Positions 9,870 to 17,702 of a DNA stretch of 60,440 nucleotides are shown one piece after another (the stretch's first letter is position 1; each line of letters begins with the position of its first letter). The stretch is from a virus (lineage: Duplodnaviria > Caudoviricetes): IMG/VR virus record IMGVR_UViG_3300044297_000142, positions 1 through 60,440 of that record, one strand, 5' to 3'. The notes below the pieces were generated by a model, which did not search any database, was not told the DNA's origin, and worked only from the letters and a program-made list of their open reading frames with translations. The translations under genes and the position numbers were made by a program.

Positions 9870-10262
9870 ATGGCAGAAGTAAAAACTGTTTACACAAGAG
9901 AAAATGTTGATAATGATTGGTTTGTAATTAATCCTGCAACAATTCAACAAGATTTCACAAAAGATGAAATATTTGTATTATCTAAGGATTTGGATAGATT
10001 AAAAAATCCAGAAGGACTAATTTCAAAACACGATGAGTTTCCTGATGCACAAACAAAATATACAATTTTAACTTTCGACACATTAGATAATGCTAATTCT
10101 GCTTTTGAATTTTTGACCAAGGGCATGATTGAAAGACTCCATATTATAAGAAAAAAACGAGAATCTGTTGGCCAACATATTGTTAGAATTTTTATAATTG
10201 ATGATAATGGTGAAATTATCAATTCAGATTGGCCAGATTTTAGTCAGCCAGAACTAGATTAA
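9870..10262 (+). CDS. hypothetical protein
   Basis: 130-aa ORF, GAGG RBS. Confidence 0.65.
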   Translation: MAEVKTVYTRENVDNDWFVINPATIQQDFTKDEIFVLSKDLDRLKNPEGLISKHDEFPDAQTKYTILTFDTLDNANSAFEFLTKGMIERLHIIRKKRESVGQHIVRIFIIDDNGEIINSDWPDFSQPELD

Positions 10263-10277
10263 TTTTTTTATTTTGTT

Positions 10278-11618
10278 ATGTTTCATAAAGATACTTTTTG
10301 TATATTGCCTTGGTCATCGATTCAAATAAATCCATCAGGTGATTTTAAGATTTGTGGTTTTTCTGGAGAAACCGGTAAAGATGGTAAAAGCCTAAACCAT
10401 GGGATGTGCCTAGACGAAAACGGCAAAACAATGAATGTAATGACACATTCTATCATGGATGCATTGAATAGTGAAACACATAAAAAGATAAGACTTGCAC
10501 AATCCAAAAACGAAAGACATCCTATGTGCAAGGTTTGCTGGGATAGAGATGATGCCAACAAAAACAACGAAATCTCCTCTTCATTAAGATTTTTCAGATC
10601 ATTCAAACAAATCCATGATTTGGATGGTGCAATTAATTTTGAAAAAGTATCCGACCATCTAACAGAAGATGGAAGCGTAGAACAAATACCAATAAGTTTA
10701 GAACTCAGACTGAGTAACACCTGCAACATGAAGTGTATCATGTGCAGTTCCATTTATAGTAATTTATGGTATGAAGATGAATACAAATTATATGGCAACA
10801 AAAACATCATTGTTGATGGTAAAGTATACAATATAAAACAAGAAAATGGTGTTTGGAAATCCGACATGAAAGTTTGGCATGAATCGGAGAATTGGAAAAA
10901 AGAATTTGAACTAATCAAAAAGAATATAAGACACCTCTATATCATGGGTGGAGAGCCTTTTGTAATTAAAGGACATGACGAACTACTGGATAATTTAATT
11001 GAATCTGGTTGTTCTAAAAATATCATATTGGAGTATGATACCAATTTAACCGTAATCAATAAGAAGATACTGAATAAGTTTGAACACTTTAAAAAAGTTG
11101 TTTTGTCGGTGAGTTGTGATGATATCTACGAACAGTTTGAATACATCAGATATCCTGGAAAATTTGATGTGATGACCAAAAATTTGGAACTGTTAAAAGA
11201 ACACGGCATTAAAATCCGAAATTTGTCTACCTGTATTGGAATTTATTCAATCTATTCTCCAATCAGAATGTATGAACACTTTACAAAGTTGGGTTATACA
11301 CCAGAAAATTCTTTGTATGGTAAAGAAATGTTTTCTTTAAGATTCTTAAAATGGCCATCTCACGCAAATGTAGCATTACTACCAAAAAAATTAAAATTAA
11401 AAGTTATAGATTTATACAGAAACTCCAATTTATCTGAAAGATGGAAAAATTTCTTGTGTGATTATATTGAAAACAATATGGACACATATTCAGAAGAACT
11501 TTGTGTGCAATCAGTAAAGGATCACATAAATTATTTGAATAGATTAGATGAAATCAGAGGAACTGATTGGAAAAAAACTTTTCCAGAAGTTGTTGAATTG
11601 TTGAAAGATTATGTATGA
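10278..11618 (+). CDS. radical SAM enzyme with N-terminal twitch/SPASM-like domain
   Basis: CNMKCIMC (CxxxCxxC), MGGEP; N-terminal FCILPW..G....C and CKVCW. Confidence 0.9.
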   Translation: MFHKDTFCILPWSSIQINPSGDFKICGFSGETGKDGKSLNHGMCLDENGKTMNVMTHSIMDALNSETHKKIRLAQSKNERHPMCKVCWDRDDANKNNEISSSLRFFRSFKQIHDLDGAINFEKVSDHLTEDGSVEQIPISLELRLSNTCNMKCIMCSSIYSNLWYEDEYKLYGNKNIIVDGKVYNIKQENGVWKSDMKVWHESENWKKEFELIKKNIRHLYIMGGEPFVIKGHDELLDNLIESGCSKNIILEYDTNLTVINKKILNKFEHFKKVVLSVSCDDIYEQFEYIRYPGKFDVMTKNLELLKEHGIKIRNLSTCIGIYSIYSPIRMYEHFTKLGYTPENSLYGKEMFSLRFLKWPSHANVALLPKKLKLKVIDLYRNSNLSERWKNFLCDYIENNMDTYSEELCVQSVKDHINYLNRLDEIRGTDWKKTFPEVVELLKDYV

Positions 11619-12394
11619 AAAAACTATTTCTTTTGTTGGCCTTATTGGCCAATATATGCCATGGTCAAACGATTGAGTTTGTTGTAAGAGCTTCTGCTGG
11701 TGGTCCGGATGATACAATCACACGAAAAATTGTAGAACATTTAGAGAATACAACATCTTTAAATTTTGTTGTAATGAACAAACCTGGTGCCGCACACCTT
11801 ATTGGTTATACACATTTTGAAAACAATGTGGGACCAAGTTTAATTGTGGCCGATACCAACATACAACTACATCCTGTTTATCATAAATCACAAAATCTTT
11901 TTACACTAGGCGAATTCACCAACATTTTGTTTGTTAGAAATGGAAGTGGTATTGAACATGTGAATGATCTTTATGAAATTTCCAGTAAACGTGAAATTAA
12001 ATTTGGTCACGGCGGCGAAGGAACCTTCAGTCATGCCGCAGCAGTTAAGTTATGTGAACAAGGATTACGTTGTATGTACGTTCCATACAAATCCGGTGCA
12101 CCAGGTATGATTGATTTGATGGGTGGTGTCATTGACGCATTTGCTTTGGTGTCGTATGGTTCAACACAGCATCTTTCTAACAATAAGATTAATGCAATCA
12201 TGTTGTACTCAAACACAAAACATCCAAAAATGAATGTGCCGTTGTTGCCCAATAACTTGAAAAAAATAGAAATTAAAAATTCTATCATGATATATTCACG
12301 TAATCTATCCGAAAAACAAACTAAAGAAATAAAAAATTCACTGTTGTCTTTAGACAAAGAATTCTTGGTCGAGTCTGGTCTTTGGGTAAAGTGA
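11615..12394 (+). CDS. Bug/TctC tripartite tricarboxylate transporter substrate-binding protein
   Basis: Signal peptide; VV...AGG..D...R, V.NKPGA, G.GG.GT.SH, VPYKSGAP...DLMGG.ID. Confidence 0.85.
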   Translation: MKKLFLLLALLANICHGQTIEFVVRASAGGPDDTITRKIVEHLENTTSLNFVVMNKPGAAHLIGYTHFENNVGPSLIVADTNIQLHPVYHKSQNLFTLGEFTNILFVRNGSGIEHVNDLYEISSKREIKFGHGGEGTFSHAAAVKLCEQGLRCMYVPYKSGAPGMIDLMGGVIDAFALVSYGSTQHLSNNKINAIMLYSNTKHPKMNVPLLPNNLKKIEIKNSIMIYSRNLSEKQTKEIKNSLLSLDKEFLVESGLWVK

Positions 12395-12422
12395 TATGAT
12401 ATATTATTGAAAGATTATCTAG

Positions 12423-13592
12423 ATGATTGATAAAGAGTTGGGTTATTATGTGTGTGATGGAGTAAATTTTTCTTCCAAAGTTAATGCACTACTCTATGCT
12501 AAGACGGTCAATAAGCCAGTTAATTGGATATTCAACGATGATGTATTCAAACAATATAATTGGGATATTGAACCTGAAGAAACTTTAGATCAACTATATG
12601 ATAAACGTGCCCGAGAATTAAGGGAGAAATACGACTATCTAATATTAAGTTTTAGTGGTGGCTCCGATACGAATAATATACTTGAAGCTTTCATTAGGCA
12701 AGGATTGCATATTGATGAAATTGTAACTAATCATATGTCAAATGCCACAAAGAAAACTACTGTATTGGATACTAACATAAAAGATAGTTGGAATTTCGCA
12801 TCTGAACATGAGTTACAGGCAATACCAAGACTGAAGTATATCAACGAGAAATCACCGAAAACCAAAATTACAGTGTTGGATGTAAGTCAGGTTGTAATGG
12901 ATTCTATGAAAGATTTTGATGATGTTGATTGGGTGTTAGGGCGAAATGACCATTTGTCGATTGGTCAACTGTTTCGTTATAATTACCAACATTTCGCAGA
13001 GATGCGTAAACAATTCGATAAGAATTTGAAAGTTGCCATTATAGTTGGATTGGACAAGCCTAAGACTAGAATAGTAAACAATAAATTCTACATGTTCTTT
13101 ACGGATACTGTGGCTAATATAACCACAATCAATGACTTTAACAAAGATTATACCAATTTAAAGACTGAACTGTTTTATTGGAGTCCTAGTACCTTACCCA
13201 TGTTAGCCAAACAAGGGCATGTTATTAAAAGATGGCTAGAAACTAATCCACATATGCAATATGCTTGGATACAAACTCCTGGTGTTATGAATGGTTATGA
13301 AATGACTCGATTGGTGCATGAGAAGGTACTCCGATCTGTAATATATACTACATGGAACGAAGAATGGTTCCAAACAAACAAATCCACCAAATGGTGGCAT
13401 ACGGAATTTGACACGTGGTTTCGTAACGATGAAACCTTCAATAGAGAATATGATTTATGGAGGCGTGGTATAAATTATCTAGCAGAACAACTGCCAGAAA
13501 TGATACAATTTAAAAACGGAATTCCAGATGCGATGAAAGTTTTTAGACACGATTATTGTTTAGGTGATATGAAAGGAATTATAAATGTTTAA
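12423..13592 (+). CDS. PP-loop enzyme, paralogue 4
   Basis: W..EP...L..LY..RA..LR..YDYLILSFSGGSDT; GLDKP; LFYWSP...KQGH. Confidence 0.7.
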   Translation: MIDKELGYYVCDGVNFSSKVNALLYAKTVNKPVNWIFNDDVFKQYNWDIEPEETLDQLYDKRARELREKYDYLILSFSGGSDTNNILEAFIRQGLHIDEIVTNHMSNATKKTTVLDTNIKDSWNFASEHELQAIPRLKYINEKSPKTKITVLDVSQVVMDSMKDFDDVDWVLGRNDHLSIGQLFRYNYQHFAEMRKQFDKNLKVAIIVGLDKPKTRIVNNKFYMFFTDTVANITTINDFNKDYTNLKTELFYWSPSTLPMLAKQGHVIKRWLETNPHMQYAWIQTPGVMNGYEMTRLVHEKVLRSVIYTTWNEEWFQTNKSTKWWHTEFDTWFRNDETFNREYDLWRRGINYLAEQLPEMIQFKNGIPDAMKVFRHDYCLGDMKGIINV

Positions 13593-13824
13593 TATCAAAA
13601 CAAAATTTCAAGAACGAATTCCTCGTTCGATGGCCAAGGTCATTACTTGGCGTGTGTTAGTTACCATCACCAACTTCTTTGGTGGCTGGATTGCAAGCGG
13701 TAACCCATGGGTGGGTTTAGGTGTTGTTAGTTTCGCACTGGTAGTAAACAGTGTGTTATATTTTATACATGAACGTGCCTGGAACCGTAGCGACTGGGGT
13801 AAACAAGTTGATGAGAAAAATTGA
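13585..13824 (+). CDS. DUF2061-like small membrane protein
   Basis: E...RS.AK.ITWR....YFIHERAWN...WG signature. Confidence 0.75.
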   Translation: MFNIKTKFQERIPRSMAKVITWRVLVTITNFFGGWIASGNPWVGLGVVSFALVVNSVLYFIHERAWNRSDWGKQVDEKN

Positions 13825-14782
13825 TAAAGATTTCACATCGGTTAGTGTTTTCGATTTGGAAACTGTGGCCAGCCTAAAAGATTATTTTGACATTAGTTTC
13901 ATAAATAAGGATCCAGCTGAATATAAGTTGTGGTTTGAAAATTTAAGAATCGTTGCAGAACAAAATTTAGGATTGGCTCACTCCATACTACACAATCAAT
14001 CCGCTAGAAATTCAATCAATATAGCATACAGTCAAAACAATCTACCTGAGTTCAATAGACCCTATGAATCCAGTATAGGAGCATACAGTTTCTTTAAAGG
14101 TTTCTCGAAATATAAACCCGATAGTTTAATACTATTTGACAACCATCTTAGAGGTACCAAATATTGGGCGTCACAGTTAAATACCGCAGACTATATGGTG
14201 CTATTTGTTAGGGACGCAAAAGAGGAAAAAATTGTAAGGAAAGTGTTTGTTGATTTAAAATCCACAACACATACGGTTACACCAAGTGAATCGAATCCAA
14301 TTGGAATGAAATTGGCGTTCCCTTGTGATCTAACTATAGATAGTGTGATACCAGATGGTTGGATATTAACTAGGGATTCTTTACAAGAACAACTCAGTAG
14401 TTTTCATTTTTATGGATTGACTGGAAATTACATATCATGTGCTCGTTCTTTGCTGAAGCAGGCTGAAGAACAAGGATTCAATGTTGATTATGAAATTAAA
14501 AAGTTATCTCTAGCCGTGAATGTTTCTGACCTACTTTGGCAAGAAACATTTATGGATGTATTTGATACAATTAGCCCTGAACAATTTAACAAATTGAACA
14601 CACAGTATCAATTTGCTAGAAAAACATTGATTGATGTTGTTGGTTTTTTCTTGGAAATTATGAATACTGGTTTGTGTGATTCTGAATCACTACAATCACG
14701 TAGGTTTAGGGATGCAGTATCCCTTGGCTCACATGTTATAAACCTATATAAGCATTTAAACAACGGTATTATTAGGTTCTAG
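13811..14782 (+). CDS. acyl-CoA dehydrogenase-like fold protein (divergent)
   Basis: LRGTKYWASQL..AD resembles the ACAD middle-domain LxGxKxWxS motif; GMK motif; helical C-terminus with R.FRDA; start moved to ATG 13811. Confidence 0.45.
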   Translation: MRKIDKDFTSVSVFDLETVASLKDYFDISFINKDPAEYKLWFENLRIVAEQNLGLAHSILHNQSARNSINIAYSQNNLPEFNRPYESSIGAYSFFKGFSKYKPDSLILFDNHLRGTKYWASQLNTADYMVLFVRDAKEEKIVRKVFVDLKSTTHTVTPSESNPIGMKLAFPCDLTIDSVIPDGWILTRDSLQEQLSSFHFYGLTGNYISCARSLLKQAEEQGFNVDYEIKKLSLAVNVSDLLWQETFMDVFDTISPEQFNKLNTQYQFARKTLIDVVGFFLEIMNTGLCDSESLQSRRFRDAVSLGSHVINLYKHLNNGIIRF

Positions 14783-14785
14783 GGC

Positions 14786-14814
14786 TTGACAATACTATAC
14801 TTTCAGTGTATAAT
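14786..14814 (+). promoter_or_regulatory. perfect sigma70 promoter TTGACA-17-TATAAT
   Basis: TTGACA 14786-14791, TATAAT 14809-14814, intergenic. Confidence 0.9.
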
Positions 14815-14834
14815 CCAAACATTGAGGAGAAATC

Positions 14835-15134
14835 ATGCGTAAACTATTGATCGCATCAGCATTAGGATTGATGACTATGACAGCAAATGCACAATGGCAT
14901 CACCATTACCATCATGGTGGTTATGGTTTTGGTTGGGCATTTCCAGCAGTTGTTGGTGGTGTGATTGGATATGAGATCGCAAGGCAACCTGCACCAGTTG
15001 TGGTTCAACCACCTGTTGTAGTTCAGCCACAAGTAATGACTGATCCTAATCTTGTGGTCGTGAACGGTGTTCTATATCGCAAGGTTATGATGCAAGTGAA
15101 TGGAGTTTATCAGGAAGTCCTGGTAAAACCATAA
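14835..15134 (+). CDS. secreted His/Pro-rich small protein
   Basis: GAGGAG RBS, signal peptide (ANA|Q), HHHYHH, PVVVQ repeats. Confidence 0.75.
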   Translation: MRKLLIASALGLMTMTANAQWHHHYHHGGYGFGWAFPAVVGGVIGYEIARQPAPVVVQPPVVVQPQVMTDPNLVVVNGVLYRKVMMQVNGVYQEVLVKP

Positions 15135-15135
15135 T

Positions 15136-15431
15136 GGTTGTACGAAGCAACTAGAAACGTGTTTTGGACGGCGGTTCGATTCCGCCCATCTCCACCAAAA
15201 GCATACACAAAAGCAGACTCTCGATCAGTCGCTGGCGTGCAACCAGCTAAGTGTGTGCTTTTGATGGGGATGACCAGGTTTCGACAGGGCAAATAGTATA
15301 GAAGTGGACAACTCGACACAGATAGTCGTTAAAAGTAAATTAAGTAAACGCAAACGATGAAAAGTTCGCATTGGCAGCCTAAACGCTGACTAGGGTTTTG
15401 GTGATTGAACCTCGTAACAGAATCAATCACC
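15136..15431 (+). ncRNA. ssrA: circularly permuted (two-piece) tmRNA
   Basis: 3' tRNA-like half GGCGGTTCGATTCCGCC-CATCTCC-A-CCA (ends 15197) lies upstream of the 5' half GGGGATG..GGTTTCGAC (starts 15266); acceptor stem has G3:U70; tag frame 15350-15382 encodes ANDEKFALAA*; outer ends approximate. Confidence 0.93.
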
Positions 15432-15457
15432 AATATGTTCAACAACAAGGAGTTTTA

Positions 15458-16018
15458 ATGAAGAAGTTATTTTTGGTCACAACGACCATTTTGTCAATGT
15501 CTGCTTTTGCTGGTGCAGATTTTACCTATATTGATGGTATTCAAACCGACCAAGCAACAAAAGCAGTAACCCATGTAAATCTTTTTGATTTCAAAACCGA
15601 TTTAACCAAAAATTTGGCCGGTGATGTGATGATCATCAATAAATCAAGCAACACCAATTTGGTTACTAACCGTACAGAATTGGGTTTGACTGCTAAACAA
15701 GCAATTGTTGGTCCAGTTGATTTGTATGCTCGTGGTTCTTTGGGTTATAAACAAGCATCCGGTTCTAACGGTCTTTCATATTACACAATTGAACCAGGGG
15801 TCAAGGTTACTTTGCCTGCAAACCTAGATTTGCGTGTTGGTTATTACTACCGTAACGCCATTCAGAACAGCTATTTGGATAAAACATCCGAAATGCGTTA
15901 TGCTGTTAACTATAATTTGACCAAAAAAGATAAAATCTCTGTTGGTTATTTCCATAGTTTGTCAGGAAACGTAGCGTTGGCCAACACCAAATTCGTTGGT
16001 TACACACATAGTTTCTAA
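15458..16018 (+). CDS. outer-membrane beta-barrel protein (porin-like)
   Basis: AAGGAG RBS, signal peptide MKKLFLV...AFA, amphipathic beta-strands, C-terminal YTHSF; start moved to ATG 15458. Confidence 0.75.
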   Translation: MKKLFLVTTTILSMSAFAGADFTYIDGIQTDQATKAVTHVNLFDFKTDLTKNLAGDVMIINKSSNTNLVTNRTELGLTAKQAIVGPVDLYARGSLGYKQASGSNGLSYYTIEPGVKVTLPANLDLRVGYYYRNAIQNSYLDKTSEMRYAVNYNLTKKDKISVGYFHSLSGNVALANTKFVGYTHSF

Positions 16019-16035
16019 TGTGTGATGAGTTTCAT

Positions 16036-16059
16036 AGGTGGTTCTCTAAAAAACCACCT
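16036..16059 (+). other. intergenic hairpin AGGTGGTT/AACCACCT
   Basis: 8-bp perfect stem, no U-tract. Confidence 0.5.
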
Positions 16060-16078
16060 CAATCAATAAAGGAAAACA

Positions 16079-16636
16079 ATGCGAAGTAGACCTATACTTC
16101 TAATGTTAATTCTGTCCACAATCGTGTTGATGTTGAACGCAATCAATATTAACATAAACAACAAATTCCCAATCAAAGCATCATACAGTCAACTCACAAA
16201 AGATGCACAAAAACAAGTGACATGTTTGGCAGAAAACATTTATTTTGAAGCTGCACATGAGCCAACACAAGGCAAAATGGCCGTAGCATTCGTGACAATC
16301 AACCGTGTTCAAACTGGCAACTACGCCGGAAATATCTGTGATGTTGTATATCAAAAAACTGGTGGTACATGCCAATTTTCCTGGTATTGCGACAAAACAT
16401 TTACCGACAGGCGCTTGACAATCAAGAGCACTTCATTGTATAATGACATTCGTGAGTTAGCAACAAACATCGTTGTTAACTTTGAAAGAATTGAGGACGT
16501 AACATATGGAGCAACCTATTACCACGCCGACTACGTTAGACCCGGTTGGAAATTGGACAAAGTTGACCAAATCGGTCGGCACATTTTTTACAAGAGAAAA
16601 GGTGACGAAATTGACAGAAACAAGGAGTTCTACTGA
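16079..16636 (+). CDS. cell wall hydrolase, SleB/Hydrolase_2 family
   Basis: CLAENIYFEA..E...G..AVA.VT.NRV, CQFSW, GATYYHA, IGRHIFY. Confidence 0.92.
   Translation: MRSRPILLMLILSTIVLMLNAINININNKFPIKASYSQLTKDAQKQVTCLAENIYFEAAHEPTQGKMAVAFVTINRVQTGNYAGNICDVVYQKTGGTCQFSWYCDKTFTDRRLTIKSTSLYNDIRELATNIVVNFERIEDVTYGATYYHADYVRPGWKLDKVDQIGRHIFYKRKGDEIDRNKEFY
16415..16444 (+). promoter_or_regulatory. intragenic sigma70 promoter TTGACA-18-TATAAT
   Basis: Both hexamers perfect; flanks (gcTTGACAat...gTATAAT) match the 14786 promoter. Confidence 0.6.
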
Positions 16637-16637
16637 A

Positions 16638-16868
16638 ATGAGTACCAATAGTAATTCTACATTAATTACGATTGTGATTTGTGTTATGATCATGTGCATG
16701 ACAGGAATTATTTCTGTATCATTAAATTACATTAATGACCGTAATAACATGGCCAAAAACGTTGAGGCCGCAATCAACAAAGGTGTCGATCCATTGGCCG
16801 TCAAGTGTGCATACGAAACCAATCCTACTGCCACCTGTATCTCCTATGCATTGAATGTGAAAAAATAA
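16638..16868 (+). CDS. small single-TM protein
   Basis: AGGAG upstream of ATG 16638; hydrophobic N-terminus; GVDPLAVKCAY. Confidence 0.65.
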   Translation: MSTNSNSTLITIVICVMIMCMTGIISVSLNYINDRNNMAKNVEAAINKGVDPLAVKCAYETNPTATCISYALNVKK

Positions 16869-16869
16869 T

Positions 16870-17478
16870 ATGTCCGACCTTAGAGTAAATTGTATTTTTC
16901 CCGTGGTGGTTTGTGATGTAGACCTCGGCCGTGATTTTACGGAAGAAGAATTGAAGTTTGTTTCTGAACAAAAACAGAAAACTATTCCAAATACTTTGAA
17001 TAGAACAAGTGAAAATACATTTGTTTTAAATTCGGATGAAATGACTGATATCAGGCAATTTTGTTTGTTACACGCTTCAAAATATTTTCATGAAGTGTTA
17101 AAAGTACATCCTGGAACAAGTTTGTATATCACACAATCTTGGTTAAATTTCTCAGAAAATTACCAAGGACACCATGTACATTCACATCCAAATAGTATTG
17201 TGAGTGGTGTTTTTTATTTTGAATCTGATGAAAACGATAAAATAAAATTTCATAGGGAGTATGACTCCGATCCTTTTCCTAAAACTGAATATGATATTAT
17301 CAATGCAGAAACATGGTGGTTTCCAGCTGTCAAAGGTAAACTGATGTTGTTTTCTTCAAAAACGGTACATTCTGTGGATATCAGAGAAAGTAATGTTTCC
17401 AGAACAAGTTTGTCTTTTAATACCTATTTCAAAGGTCCTATTGGTCATCCTTTACATTTGAATTATTTGAAACTGTAA
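16870..17478 (+). CDS. putative 2OG-Fe(II) oxygenase (TIGR02466-like)
   Basis: SWLN..H.HPNS..SGVFY, G.L.LF.S...H.V, R.SLSFN. Confidence 0.8.
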   Translation: MSDLRVNCIFPVVVCDVDLGRDFTEEELKFVSEQKQKTIPNTLNRTSENTFVLNSDEMTDIRQFCLLHASKYFHEVLKVHPGTSLYITQSWLNFSENYQGHHVHSHPNSIVSGVFYFESDENDKIKFHREYDSDPFPKTEYDIINAETWWFPAVKGKLMLFSSKTVHSVDIRESNVSRTSLSFNTYFKGPIGHPLHLNYLKL

Positions 17479-17480
17479 TC

Positions 17481-17702
17481 ATGCCTACGAAAACCGAAAT
17501 TCAAGAATTTAGTGACGCCATTGTGAAGATGGCCGAAGAAACCCGTGAACCCATCATGGACACTATCGTAGCCTATTGTGAGAAAACTGGATTGGAGATT
17601 GACATTGCTTCTACACTTATCTCCAGTTCCTTGAAATCTAAAATTCGTGAAGAAGCACAAGAGTTAAATCTTTTAAAGAAAACTGCAAAACTGCCAGTAT
17701 GA
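17481..17702 (+). CDS. gp33: late transcription coactivator
   Basis: MD.IV.YCE..G.E.....LIS..LK.KI..EA.ELN.LK; synteny with gp59/gp32. Confidence 0.88.
   Translation: MPTKTEIQEFSDAIVKMAEETREPIMDTIVAYCEKTGLEIDIASTLISSSLKSKIREEAQELNLLKKTAKLPV

Noticed and set aside
6413-11618. Lasso-peptide or classical RiPP cluster
   Set aside because: No recognisable short precursor peptide, transglutaminase-like B protein or PqqD/RRE domain was seen. Kept only as a general tailoring-island hypothesis.
6413-13592. 7-deazaguanine DNA-modification cluster (queC/queE)
   Set aside because: SGGxDS is shared by all PP-loop enzymes. There is no QueC Cys/Zn cluster, the radical SAM is a long twitch type rather than QueE, and no folE, queD or dpdA is visible in the window.
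15166-15197. tRNA gene (T-arm GGTTCGATTCC and CCA end)
   Set aside because: No D-arm or anticodon arm upstream. The matching 5' acceptor strand lies downstream, so it is the acceptor piece of a permuted tmRNA.
15110-15319. 69-aa minus-strand ORF
   Set aside because: It is antisense to the tmRNA, a typical spurious ORF over a structured RNA.
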